In this document: piece by piece, positions 11,101 to 22,618 of the stretch
Numbering within the stretch: the stretch's first letter is position 1
Layout of the letters: the number at the start of each line of letters is the position of its first letter
Assembly: GCA_027923505.1 (NCBI GenBank)
Contig: BROI01000018.1
Location: 186,001-250,000, forward strand
Origin: Mayamaea pseudoterrestris
Taxonomy: Eukaryota
DNA: 64,000 bases
Reading direction: 5' to 3'
Position numbers and translations under genes: made by a program
The notes under the pieces: model-generated
What the model was told of the DNA's origin: nothing
The model's input: the letters and a program-made list of their open reading frames with translations, nothing else
The model's database searches: none

Positions 11101-11414
11101 ACTGTCTCCTGCCTCACTATCATGCTCATGAGGTAAATACCGGAGATTTTGCTCGGTTGCTTTTGCTCATTAAGGCGACGGTTAAGGAAGTATCCATGGC
11201 CCAAACAAAGGGATGTAATTTTATGGACGTCGACAACATGTTGCAGCAAATTGTTGGTCGTCTAGACGACAATACCAAGCGAAACAAGCGTCAAGACGTT
11301 TACGATTTAAAAACGGCTAAGGGACGTAGGCGTGCGCGATCACCAAAAATTAAGACGCCGGCAGCAAAATTGCTGAGTCCACCTGCAAAAATCCTCAGGA
11401 GTTCAAAGTTGTAA
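8121..11414 (+). CDS. Organelle-targeted (probably mitochondrial) pentatricopeptide-repeat-like protein with an N-terminal dsRBD-like segment
   Basis: Arg/Ser-rich acid-free N-terminus. PPR-type junction motifs EPDADAYKCLL, KPTTEVINALIQLW, PDIEVYNA, GVQPDIVTYEALMQAW, RPDARLMLTLVSAY. Segment SALNELNNYY...WVATF...YRKKNTAIHAAAARVL resembles a dsRBD. Confidence 0.65.
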   Translation: MSSLARTYQHGRRRLLSHLVQQAKPQNIAKRRFRSITSAVGATGYRRKSDGRSHIPTLLRFVSTTDGDIDESLPLQERHTSERHSRAPLAAIYDDEDGEDDHIPFEDESDDDEDENESQPQIVAEGMFDISKTSALNELNNYYTNEYGISSVSAHFRTEFINYQWVATFCCPETGVEYSQGSLRSDEQGAAVEISSIDGSYVHGPPAYRKKNTAIHAAAARVLDIIQYEKLHITEPRLCKEDPALFQKPRLSMQEVHEEEDEANEDGAETKRDNKKQLVSPSPTPAVEQPLELTLPINRIDHDGRLDQILEDVIDDDDDDYSVADIPTPSADSAPSMRLLHAFSSGQHHAQKPTAATNFDSHRMPIAMPIQRLKMAMNIAKSWVQAHSRLADEVAYNPHRMHLPMLPSTKTHLIGKTILEGLAEANQSITIPGLRGCEHSARRVLNIMWKHGDIEPDADAYKCLLHCLEGSSPKAIAEKAESIVLSMRDGQPWSGRVLPKPTTEVINALIQLWAQVGGITGRYENVDPAFEPNRESFLSILSSCCYTPTVPGEVGGLDIAFATECIRRMRELSESNPEDLSLVPDIEVYNAPLRWTGGSRTRQIRPYTRCLPWDKLFVGEDGMRPFDCDDSAVVAAQAVESWIEFMREQGVQPDIVTYEALMQAWLRTDTRIGLDRAQRIAEDLLEPGLYDVSPSLQTFRPLTRSWVFSKENDSTDKIRLLLDRLEGLTTEHPELRPDARLMLTLVSAYRKQLWSNIAKKAPVEDLLEIADKCTLILNALHDRLSTAIVEGEAPDDFLEIFHFYEVEQIWQSVAEICAQGLLTSGSREFFQYALKEWIRVLNMHDDLMQTLMRVESPGGIDLRGRREYSYQLKHLLAQSGTLYSSFMSGMKNIFDLRKRRSTSDEILNILPGQLPLFERIVRRSGEMEIAASHDTELKRDRLGFFDYDTDYGIDPTALAGTGIVEYGDYFPGYKPRPIYSDANVRNVLLRQMLDCLLPHYHAHEVNTGDFARLLLLIKATVKEVSMAQTKGCNFMDVDNMLQQIVGRLDDNTKRNKRQDVYDLKTAKGRRRARSPKIKTPAAKLLSPPAKILRSSKL

Positions 11415-11841
11415 AATCAGTTGCCTAGCAAAAATACTTATAATCCTCGTCTATATCATGTACGTATAGAATGAAAAGATATCGCTTTGCTTAGAAATAG
11501 GTGGAGGTGTTGAAATGCAGGCAGTTAACAGGCATCCAATAATGCTGTACAAACGGCAACTCGATCATTCCAGCACCTCAAATGCTGGGTGACAGGGTGT
11601 TCCTCCCATGCTGCCTTAAACTAGCAGCTACAGATAACTCTGCGACAGTTGTTCAGCAGGAGCTACACCTGCAGATTCGCTGGCAGTGAATGAAGTGATT
11701 GTCGAACTACCGGTAGCTAATCGCATTGAGTACCGCTACGACTTTGACACGTGGAAGTGCACGACAGCCAGCGAATCCCTTGCGGTACGCTTTCGTTTCA
11801 CTTTTCGAATAGAAGTTGGAGATACTGTGCAAGAACTAATT

Positions 11842-13757
11842 ATGAGTGCCGAGGAAGTGAGTAATTGTTGGCTTCATACATTAATGATACGTTATGTTTG
11901 ATACAGAGCTGTACATCGAACCGAAACTAATGTGGCAAAGCGAGTGTCGCATCTTCTTTTCTCACTCGTTCGCTTGATTTGCACAGTTCAAAGACAAGGG
12001 AAATGCTGCGCTCAAAGCTGGAAACATATCTGAAGCAATTGAATGTTACACAAAGGCTATCAACTTGGATGGCGCCAATCACGTGTATTTCAGCAACCGC
12101 TCAGCCGCTTATTTGCAAAAGGGCGACGCCAACAACGCCCTGGAAGATGCGAACTCTTGCATCGGACTAGCCGGAGATACCTTTTCCAAAGGTTACTCGC
12201 GCAAAGGAGCAGCCCTCCATGCGCTAAAGCGCTATAATGATGCGATTTCTGCTTACGAGGAAGGCATTCGCAAGCACCCGAATGATGCGGCGCTGAAGAA
12301 GGGTCTCGATGAGGTTAAGCGTGACAAGGATGGACCACCGGCTGGCATGGGTGGAGGCCTACGGGACAGTCTTTTTGGTCCAAATATGATGGCACAAATG
12401 GCAATGGATCCGAAATTGCGCCCCTTTTTGAACGATGCGGATGTCATGGCAAAGATTAAGCTTTGCCAGCAAGATCCAAACAATATTGGTTTATTCTTGC
12501 AGGATCCAAAGTTTATGAAGCTTTTCGAAGCCATGCTTGGAGGCAAGCTTGGTAAACCAGGTGCAGATGATGATGCGGAGGACGAGGAGATGCAATATCG
12601 AGCTTCGCCCAAACCTTCTGAACCGAAGCGTCAAGACCCACAGCCGATGGAGACGTCGGATTTGACACCGGAAGAGCGCAAGCTCAAGGAAGACAAAAAG
12701 GCGGCTTTGCAAAAGAAAGAAGAAGGCAACAATTTTTACAAGCTCAAGAAGTACGAGGATGCCATTGGCTGCTACGACGCCGCGATTGCTCTTGATCCTA
12801 CGAACATGACATTTCTAAACAACAAGGCAGCCGTCTACATGACTCAGAAGAAGTACCAAGAGTGCATTGACGAATGTCTAAAGGCGGTTGCAATTGGAAA
12901 GGAAAATCGTGCATCTTTCGAAGATCGCGCAAAAGCCTTGACTCGCGTCGCTAAGGCGTACCAGAAGCTAGGCGACTTGGGGCAAGCCGTGGAGTATTGC
13001 AAGCAGGCGCAGCTGGAGCATTTTGACAAGGAGACGCAGCGTCTTTTGAAGACCTTGGAACTCGAGAAGCGCAAGTCGGATACGCTGGCATATCATGACG
13101 ATGCGAAGGCGGAGGAAGCGAAGCAACGTGGCAATGAATTGTTTCGTGAAGGCAAATACGGCGAGGCAGTTCATGAGTACGAAGAAGCTGTTAAACGGGC
13201 ACCCAGAAACGCCGCAATTCGTAACAATCTGGCTGCTGCGCTCACTAAAGTGTCGGATTTCGTTGGAGCGAAGAAGCAGGTCGAGACTGCCCTTGAGATT
13301 GACCCGAAATATGTCAAGGCGTGGGCCCGAAAAGGAGGTAAGTTCTATCATATTCATGCGCTAATGTACTATCATTTTAAAATGATGATGCTCATGCGTT
13401 TTTCCGTTTGGCACAGACATTGAGGTGTTCATGAAAGAATACTACAAGGCGAAGGAGTCATATCAGATGGGACTTGAGCTGGACAACGACAATGCCGCAT
13501 GCAAGGAAGGCATGCGCAAGGTTGTTGAAAAGCTTTCTTGGGGTCGCCACAACATGAGCGATGAGGAGAAGAAAGAACAAGCAGCCCATGCCATGGCTGA
13601 TCCAGCGATTCAGAGCATCCTTACTGACCCAGTGATTCAGCAAGTGCTTCGCGACTTCCAGGAGAATCCTAACGCCGCCCAGGAAGCAATGCGCAACGCC
13701 GGCGTACGACAGAAGATCCAGACCTTGATTGAATCTGGTATTATTGAAACTGCCTAA
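11842..13757 (+). CDS. STI1: Hsp70/Hsp90 organizing protein STI1/HOP, 3 exons
   Basis: MSAEE|FKDKGNAALKAG..., three TPR domains and two DP domains (MAMDPKLR, AMADPAIQSILTDPVIQQVL). Introns approx. 11857-11986 and 13338-13417. Confidence 0.95.
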
Positions 13758-14340
13758 TTTAGCAACTGATGTGAAAGTTCTAAGCAATGCCCATATGACT
13801 ACTTGTAACTCAACTGTACTTCCCGCTTCACTAGTAATGAAAAGCATTGATCATAGATGCCACGACAATTAGCGTGGAGGAGAGAGATTCATCACACGTT
13901 TCTACATTATTTAAGAACGTAGGCTGCTGTTGTCCCACTACAGTCACTTACTTGGAAGCACTTCGTATATTATCCGGCCCGAGCGTGCTCAACTGCTGAA
14001 TGAATGAGCAGAAAGCCGCCAAAAAGAGGCAGCTACATGTTTGTACACGCCTGGATAAGCAATAACATTTCCTATACGTATGGTCAGCGAATACAGTCCA
14101 GCATGTAAACAATCAGTGGGTAGCTAGCTTGTCAGAGCACATGCACCTTTTAGTTGACGTCTGTCTGCCGACAGGTTTTGGTCGTGGGAGCCATCGAATC
14201 TCGTTGATCGAACGAAGCCATCAAAGTCAGCTGCCGGCTGCAGCAGCACCGCCAATAGATCTTTCCACTTCGCCGCCATTCGTGCCGGATCGGAGATATT
14301 AGCAGTAGAGATCATAGATTGTCGTGTCGTACGTTTCATC

Positions 14341-16432
14341 ATGGTCAAGTCTGTATCAGTCGCCTCGCTGCTCTGCATAAGCGGCTGCGGAGCCTTTCAG
14401 GCATTGCCGGCTCACGTTCGCCCGCGTACCTCGGCGCTTCACATGGTGCTGGAGAAGCCGCCCTTGACCAAGGAGATTAGCAAGCTGGAGACGCTTAAAA
14501 TCGAATCTGATTACTTGATCCATCCGTTAAGAGAGGTAAGACTTGATTTCTTGTCTCCGAGTGAGAGAGATGGTGTGTTTCGAAGTGATTAAGTTTATTC
14601 TTTCCCCGTCATACCGATACATGACGAAGACTAGAAAGGCCCGGTCCCTTTGCCAGTGGACTATTGTGGTGAACTATGATCGAATCAGTCTAAAGTTTTT
14701 AGTACGCACATGATGTTATTGTCAGCGACTTACACTTCTTGCTTTACAACCATAGGAACTCGTTACAGAGACCCGAGGTGTATCAAAGGATGCCTACCAA
14801 ATACTTAAATACCACGGCTCGTACCAACAGACAAACAGAGAGATCAAGAGCAAGGAAAAGGATTATCAGTTCATGCTTCGCCTCAAGCAACCTGCAGGGG
14901 AATTGCCTCCCGAGCTATTCAAGCTTCTCGACGACCTAAGCAAGACCTGCGGTCAAGGCGACCTTCGAGCCACGACTCGACAGTGCTTTCAAATGCACGG
15001 CATCTTAAAGGGGAACTTGAAGCATGTCATTTCCAGCATTATGAACGTTGGATCGTCTACTGTAGGAGCCTGCGGTGACGTGAATCGCAACGTCATGTGC
15101 ACGCCTGCTCCCTTTCAGACTAACCAAGCCTACAAGGAGGCCCGACAATGGAGCAAGGTATTTGCCCATTTGTTCCGTCCTTTGTCTCCAGCCTTTTCCG
15201 AGATTTGGCTAGACGGCGAAAAGGCTGCCACGATCGAAACCTGGGCCAAGGAAGTGGAGGCGTACAATGTCGACGAAGCCATGCTGAAGGATTCTGGCCG
15301 AGGCATTATCTTGAATGACAACAAGGTTGAACCCATTTACGGCGATCGATATTTGCCCCGCAAGTTCAAGATTGGAGTGACAGTGCCAGGTGACAATTCT
15401 CTCGATATCTACACGAATGATATTGGTGTGGTTGTCATTATGAACGATAATGATGAGCTGGAAGGCTTCAACATTATGGTCGGCGGTGGCATGGGCCGAA
15501 CGCACAACAAGGAAAACACGTTTGCACGAGCGGCCGATCATTTGGGTTTTGTACCAAAGGATGATGCTATGGAACTCATGAAGAGTATTGTGGCGGCGCA
15601 GCGTGACCATGGCAATCGCGACGTTCGAGCAAATGCGCGAATGAAGTACCTTGTACACACTCTTGGCATTGACAACTTCCGAAAGCTTGTTGAGAGCTAT
15701 TTTGGCAAGGAAATTCAACCATGGAGACCAGTGCCGGAGTGGAAGTACATGGATTGGCTCGGTTGGTGGGAGCAGGGCGATGGCAAGCTCTTTTATGGAC
15801 TGCATGTTGATAATGGCCGCGTCAAGGACGAGGGCAGCTTTCGCCTAAAGTCTGCTTTACGAGCGCTAGTTGACAAGTACAATTTGTCCATGATTATGAG
15901 CCCGACACAATCGATCATCTTACGAGACATTGACCCCAAGGACAAGCAAGATATTGAATCGATCTTTGCCGCACATGGCGTCGCACTGCTTGAACAAGTC
16001 GATCCCTTAAATCGTCTTGCCATGGCCTGCCCAGCACTTCCGCTCTGTGGTCTTGCGCAAACGGAAGCCGAGCGCATCGCTCCTGCATATTTGCAGCGAA
16101 TTCGCAACATGCTGAACGATCTTGGCATGGAAGGCGAAGAGATACTTATCCGTATGACAGGCTGCCCCAATGGGTGTGCCCGTCCTTACATGGCCGAGCT
16201 TGCCTTTGTTGGTGACGGACCCAAGAACTATCAACTTTGGCTCGGTGGTAGCCCCGTCTTGACTCGTACTGCTTATCCATTTCTATCGAAGATGAAGGCG
16301 GACGATTTGGAGACGACTGTCGGTCCCATACTAAAAATGTGGTCTGAGCAGCGACAACAGTTTGAAGCTTTTGGTGACTTTTGCTTTCGAGTGGGTGCCG
16401 AAGCCATCGAATCATACACTGGCAAGGCATGA
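14341..16432 (+). CDS. SIR: Ferredoxin-dependent sulfite reductase, plastid-targeted
   Basis: Bipartite leader (CGAF-QA); LKYHGSYQQ, TTRQCFQMHG, GACGDVNRNV, YLPRKFK; siroheme/4Fe-4S cysteines MACPALPLCGLA and MTGCPNGCARPY. Intron 14536-14755. Confidence 0.95.
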
Positions 16433-16530
16433 TAGTGCTGGGTCACTGGTGTACGTTTTGTGAGTTAACATAGATTATTAGCTGAAAATTGTATTTTGCA
16501 ATAGCATGGACTGGGTCATTGGTCATGGTA

Positions 16531-17835
16531 TTAGTGAACAGGTAAGAAGTCTGCAGCTAAAGCAGCAATGGCGGCAGCAATGCCTGCAACGCCGACGACA
16601 CCCGCCACTGACGAGGACGCTAGTCCAACTTTATTTTCACTGCTGCTACCGACGACGCGCTCCTGTAAAAACCTCGCAATAGCATCAGCTGTTTCTTGCG
16701 GCTGCTCCAAGTGAGGAACATGTCCACAGTTCTCAATCCATTGCAGAGAAGCATCAGGGATCGTCTCGACGAATTTGTTGGCGAATTCTTTACCGTCGAG
16801 AATTCCATCCTGGCGACCCCAGAGGACAAGAGACGGCGCTTGTTCAAAAGTATCAATCACGTGTTAATGTGTATCCATTTGCAAAGCGTTAACATGTAAG
16901 ACGAGTGTGACATGGCGCACCAACCTGTAGCTCTTACCTTGTATAGTCGGCACCTTGCTGCTTGGACTAAAGCCTCCGCTTTTCATAAAACTAACAAGTG
17001 CATCGTCCCATCCTTCGCGTAAGCAATGGAGCCTACCCACAACGACAGCTTCATCCGTTGCATACTGCTCCTTGTCGAAGTAGCTCATCTGATTGGCCGA
17101 ACTTCGAAGCTGAACGCTCTTCAACACACCAACTCCAAGCTTGGCAATGGGTGCCGGCATCATGGCCATAGGACCGATTCCATCCACAAATCCTTGCGCA
17201 TCCAACAGTATCAAGCCTTGACATGTGTTTGGCCGTGCCGCTGCTGTTTCAATGGCTGCGGCACCGCCGAGACTGGCGCCGGCAATACAAAATGGCGCAT
17301 CCTTAGATATGACAGTGTCAATAAAGCTCGACAAGGCCTCTATTTTGGCTGCCGCCGAGAAGGATGATACACCATCCAGTTGCGTAAATCCCCAACCAAG
17401 CAAGTCGACGGCGTAAGTATCAATTCCTCGTTGCGCCAAAATACTACCCAGCCGTCGGTACTCGAGGCAGGAGCTGTCGAATCCATGTACCAAAATTAAC
17501 GGTGGAGTACTTTTTAATCGCCGCTGTTGTTGTTTGTCTTTGTCATAAGTCACGGATTCGGCCTTCCAATGAACAAAAGAGATTCCAACTTCTCCATCGG
17601 GATGCACATTGGTAGATACTGGAACAGAAATACACTGCATTCGACTTGCCGTGTCGAGGCAGAGAGGCTCGGTAATGGCCGAGACATCTGGATTGACAAA
17701 ACCTGTAGATGTCACAGAAGCTTTTCTAGATTTTGTTACCAGAGCATCACATCCAAGTAATGCTAACAATGGGAACAGAAGAGACCGCCATCGCCGCAGT
17801 AGCAACCCATGCATCAGCTTCGTCGTCTTCGTCAT
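16531..17835 (-). CDS. Alpha/beta hydrolase (cyanobacterial/plant-like), signal peptide and C-terminal hydrophobic tail, 2 exons
   Basis: LVHGFDSSCLEYRRL, DLLGWGF, nucleophile elbow GASLGG, LVLWGRQDGIL, CGHVPHLEQP. Intron approx. 16841-16937. Start codon uncertain. Confidence 0.88.
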
Positions 17836-17963
17836 GGTCGAGATCAATGGATGAACAATCGGAAGCGTGACGAGCGGTGACGTCATCAGATCGGACTTCA
17901 ACTTTGGCGCGAAAAAGTCGTCCGTTTTCTCGAATCACACTGACCTCATTTCCGACTTCAACC

Positions 17964-18710
17964 ATGAGGATGAAGCTTGCCTATCTGCTGGCTGCTACGT
18001 CGGCATCGGCCTTTGTGCCATCCAAGCCTTTTGGTGTCGGAAAATCAACAGCATTGCAGGCTGAGATTCGGCCGCCTTCGGATAAGTCGGAAGGTACATA
18101 CGTTCGGAGCATGAAGCAACATATAGCAGCATTGAGCATTGCCTACCGTCGACGTATCGCTGGGTTTTCTGCACAAAACATGACTAACATAGATTTTTCC
18201 ACATGAACAGTCCTTCGCTTTGGCTGGGATGGATCCACAGCACTTGGAGGAGCAGTTGAGGTTGCCAAACCAGCTCGCATGTTGGAAGACATTCGCGCTA
18301 GTGGAGAAGCCATCCCTGAGGAGTGCGAGCTTTTTAACGCCAATTTGGAAATGGACGGAGACAGTATCATGTTCCAAGACGTCATTGACTTGATTGACAA
18401 ATACTATGAGAGTCAGCTACTCGAATTCAAGAATGGTGACATGCTGAATCGTCAGGGTGAGAATGAAGGTTCAGCAAAGGTTCTGTCATACGCCGCTCTT
18501 GCACAACTCGACAAGGAATCAACTTTAAAACTATGGGGACAGTATTACCGCGAAGTCAAGGCCGACCCAGAAGGTGATAGCCACCAGAATATTCGCAATT
18601 TTATGAAGTATGGATGGGATGGGGTGCCCTTCGAGCTGGGCATTGCACTAACGCCAAAGGCTGTCGGCGAAACGGACTGGGACCCTTTTAGTGAGTCATG
18701 GATTCCTTAA
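17964..18710 (+). CDS. HopJ type III effector-like domain protein, plastid-targeted
   Basis: Leader MRMKLAYLLAATSASAF-VP. Domain FQDVIDLIDKYY...FKNG...NRQGENEGSAKVLSYA...LWGQYYREV...PEGDSHQNIRNFMKYGWDGV matches the HopJ family. Intron 18094-18210. Confidence 0.85.
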
Positions 18711-18735
18711 ATTGTTCATTGAAAATAACATTATA

Positions 18736-19392
18736 TTATTCAATAATGGAGACCGAGTACTTGTCTACTTGTACCAGTCGCTGCTTGTACAAGCTGCTGA
18801 GAGCGCGCTTGAAGCTTTTCTTGGATACGCCCGGAAAGAGTGCTTCTATTTCTTGAGGATCGCTTTTGTCTCCTACTTGCAGCGTCTTTCTCTCTTGCAG
18901 TAACGTCATAATTTGTTGACCAATGAGGTCGGCCTTGGCTTCGCCGCCATAGGCTCGTAGACTCACATCGATCTTTCCAGTCTCGCGAACACGTTCTACA
19001 TACGCAGGCAAGATTTCGCCTCGAACAACGTCAATGTTTCCTCTTGCTTGTCGAAAGTACTCAATTTCTCGCTGCAAAACTAGTCCACTACCCAAAGCTG
19101 GAGCATCCTCGGGAATCAAATCGTTTTCCTCGTGGGAGGAGGCCAGTACGTCAACCGACGCTCCAAGCGGTCCGAACGAGAGAATTTCAACTTGTATCTT
19201 GTCGCCGGGATTGAACGAATACAGTGAATTGCTGTTCAGTGAGCCCGCACAGCGTAAACTGGAAGTGCGACTACCGGTAGTTTGAATGCCTTGGATTGAT
19301 GGCAACATTGATGGCATGCTGAACATTCTTGCTCGACTTGACCATGCAGCAGTAGCAAACCGACGGCTAGCTAGGGATGATAAAGCTGCCAT
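18736..19392 (-). CDS. S1 RNA-binding / CvfB-like protein (S1 domain plus winged helix), organelle-targeted
   Basis: GEILPAYVERVRETGKIDVSLR (S1 end) and LQVGDKSDPQEIEALFPGVSKKSFKRALSSLYKQRLV (CvfB winged helix). Start uncertain. Confidence 0.75.
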   Translation of the reverse strand: MAALSSLASRRFATAAWSSRARMFSMPSMLPSIQGIQTTGSRTSSLRCAGSLNSNSLYSFNPGDKIQVEILSFGPLGASVDVLASSHEENDLIPEDAPALGSGLVLQREIEYFRQARGNIDVVRGEILPAYVERVRETGKIDVSLRAYGGEAKADLIGQQIMTLLQERKTLQVGDKSDPQEIEALFPGVSKKSFKRALSSLYKQRLVQVDKYSVSIIE

Positions 19393-19704
19393 AATGATTA
19401 TTCTGGCACTGTACAATATTTCCACTCGTTTCATCATGGAGAATGAATGACTCAAAAGCAATGGATCGTTGTATGGACAATGCGGCGTCCAAGGGGCGGC
19501 GTCGACGAATGCACGACGGATCTTGGTGTCGCAGCAATACCGGATCACACTAAACGCGTACGAGTTGGCAACTTGGTGGGATCTACCGGTACTGGAGTAT
19601 AAACAATCAACTGTAATTGCAATCCGGCACGACAAAGCGGACAAAGACTTGCCATCTAACAAAATAATGGTTACGAGTATAATTATAGCGCGATAACGTT
19701 GCAC

Positions 19705-20663
19705 TTAAACTTGCCCACAGCCTACGATTTTGACTTCAACTTTAGGCCTTCCGTTCTCGGACCCCTTGGCTTCAATCTTGCGTACGACTTCCATTCCCTT
19801 TGTTACTTTTCCAAACACAACATGCTTCCCGTTGAGCCATGGCGTATCGCCCACTGTCAAGAAAAACTGCGAGCCGTTGGTATTGGGGCCCTTTTTGGTT
19901 GCGAATAAGATTGGTGCATGGGTAAGTCAAGGTTCCGCCGCATAACTGCTCATCGTACATAATTCAGCTCCAGAACTTACAGCATTCGCCATCGACAGAG
20001 TTCCTGGTCCACCATGGGCAATGTCAAAGTTTTCGTCTTCAAAGCGAGCGCCATAAATCTAAGTTGGAGCAAACAGGTGTGATTGTGTCAGAATTCTCAG
20101 TACCCTACAGTCTCATCGCAGATACCAACCGTACGCATAATCGCGTTTCATTTTGGACACTGGCCGCATGTCTTGCTCTTACCGATTTACCGCCAGTGCC
20201 GTTGAAACTGGTCATGTCTCCGCCTTGACTGTCGCAATTCGAAAGTGAGTTCGGTCAGAGTCATGACACACATAACTTCACAGCAACAGGCGACATCACG
20301 ATTGTAAGCTTCTTACATCATAAAGCCAGGAATAATTCGATGAAAAATTGAGTCCTTAAATCCAAATCCTTTGGATCCCAAACAAAGCTGCTTGAAATTC
20401 TCCACAGTTTTTGGCACTATCGAACCGTAGAGGCCCATTTCTACTCGCCCTGCCGTAAAACCATCGATAGCAATATCGAAATATACAGTTTCCGTTATCG
20501 GAGCGTCCTTTTTGCCAAAGAAACCTTGCAAGATGCCTCCAATTTGGAGCGGCTCGGTCGTGAATGCTCGCGTAGTTTGTCGCGTCAGTGCTGGCCTTGG
20601 GCTAAAGCCGAGAGCTAGACCGAGCAGTGCGAGAATGTTTACAATCTTCATTGACGTCTTCAT
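19705..20663 (-). CDS. Cyclophilin-type peptidyl-prolyl isomerase, plastid-targeted, 4 exons
   Basis: VYFDIAIDG...[12 protein letters not shown]...[14 protein letters not shown]...[18 protein letters not shown]...[18 protein letters not shown]...[12 protein letters not shown]; leader ending ALGF-SP. Confidence 0.95.
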
Positions 20664-21200
20664 GGCTATAATATCCGTAGGTTCAGAATGATGGGCTGTG
20701 AGGGGCGATCGGTGGAGGCTATGGTAGAATCACGAGAAGATCGCGTTTCAAGTTGTGGTTCGTCGGGTGTCGAATCCGTAAACCGTGTTCGGGTCGGATC
20801 GGTTACTCGTGCGTCTTTGTTGAAAGGTCATTGCGTACAAGGCAATAAAATGGTTACCTACGGCAAGTTGCGGGGGCGAACTTGTATGCTGGGCATAAAC
20901 TACAAGGCAACGAACAGCAAGCTCATATGGCAGGAGCTGAAAGAATTGACGAACAAAATAAGAGAGTGAATGCAAGCTGAAATGTTCCATAATCACCAAT
21001 GAACTATACTATGAGAATACCAGCTAGCGGGACATTGAAAACCAGTGTCGCGGTTGGCAGCTTGCTAACCACTGGCAAGGATCCCATTGCAGGACATTAA
21101 ATGCACCAAGGATCCAGCATTTCTAGCGTTAACATCCATATTCATTCCTCCAAACACATTACAGCTGTTGCTTCTACAATTGTATTGTTCATGCTATTGT

Positions 21201-21278
21201 CTACCGGTAGGCATGGCTAATGCTATTGACTACCGGTACCGGTAGGCATGGCTAAGGTAGCTATGCGAGTACCGGTAC
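21201..21278. repeat. Short local duplication containing TACCGGTA palindromes
   Basis: TACCGGTAGGCATGGCTAA occurs twice (about 21202 and 21237), plus further TACCGGTA copies at about 21231 and 21270. Confidence 0.7.
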
Positions 21279-22231
21279 ATGCCGATGGCCAATGAATGAA
21301 CCGAATGAGTGTCGCATCGGCTCTAAAAGAGCACGAACAGACGCATGGTCGTCCTTCTGTGGGATCAAACTCGGTCCAGAATGACGATACAGAGAATCTG
21401 AGCATACCATCGTCTACGTCTATCATTGAAGAATGCAACGGTGCGAAATTGCGACATAACTTTTAATTTTGGTCATGCTGGGACGATTCTTGCAAAATCA
21501 CTCAAATCATCTTGATAGAAACACTACAACAACTTTGGCCACAGTTGTAATACCAGGCTATTGACTCGTCCATTGTATCAAGTATATATCAAATGGTATA
21601 TTGCGCCTGTTTCAGCCAAAAGCATGCATGTTAAGGTCGTCGCGTCGACGATTGAAGATGTTAGCAGTTTGCACCTCGTTCAAACAAAGGCGACTCACTC
21701 ACTCAATTTTGGTCCCGTGGCAAATGTTCCAACGGAATCGTATTCCCTGCTTTCTTGTGGTTCTCATGACATCTTGCTGGTTGCAATGCAACACCTCCTT
21801 GGTCCCGTAAATCCAGCGCAAAAATGGCGATGCCATGAAAATCGATCAACAAACCCGGAGACCAAGGAACCGCGCTTTTTAGCATGGGATGCGGCACGAC
21901 CCAGTTCAATCCAGTCCCGTGATCACCCGCTCGCGCGGGTTAGAGGAAGAGCGGGGGTTCCCCCCGCAACAAATATCTTAGTTGTAGTTTGATCGTGACA
22001 TTTCTATGTACATTTTAACGGAGTGTAATGGATGACGTATGAGATCGTCATCCACTTGTTTTGCGTCGCTATGACGCACTCACGAAACAGCCGGGACGTG
22101 GACCCACGAGGATCCACAGGCGTTGGCCTTCAACTCTTCCAGCACGGCATCCGAGGCATGCCACAAAATACAAAATTAAATCATTCGGCTCAAGCCATCA
22201 AAAGGATTCCTTGCCATTGAAAACAGCAACC

Positions 22232-22618
22232 ATGCCTCGCATACTGAGCCGATCAGCATCCCTACACAAACCTCAACGGCGAAGTAGTTTGAGATCACAA
22301 ACATCTTCTCAGCAATCTATGAATAAATCCATGAACGCGCTGTGGCAAATGTGGACGGGCCAGCAACAACCAATAGCAACGCCTTCCGTTACCAGTACTT
22401 CACCTTCCACTAGCAGCTCGTCCTCGAGTCTTGCACCTCGAGATCAAGCGTTGCCGTCTCGTCGGTCATCCAATGCTTCGTCTCAGCAAGGCGGGCGATG
22501 GATGTCTTACTCCGAGGCTGATGAAGGCATTTGGGGGCAGTTTGTCGACACTGCTGAAGCGGAAGCGGAAATCATTCGGCACAGCAAGATATTATCTAAG
22601 CGTTATTCGATCCATTGA
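22232..22618 (+). CDS. Small Ser/Gln-rich hypothetical protein with C-terminal WGQFVD motif
   Basis: 128-aa ORF with ACCATG start context; low-complexity body and a more ordered C-terminus (EGIWGQFVDTAEAE). No family assigned. Confidence 0.6.
   Translation: MPRILSRSASLHKPQRRSSLRSQTSSQQSMNKSMNALWQMWTGQQQPIATPSVTSTSPSTSSSSSSLAPRDQALPSRRSSNASSQQGGRWMSYSEADEGIWGQFVDTAEAEAEIIRHSKILSKRYSIH

Noticed and set aside
14536..14755. snoRNA in the 220-nt sulfite reductase intron
   Set aside because: A C-box-like ATGACGA is present, but no matching CTGA D box or terminal stem was found.
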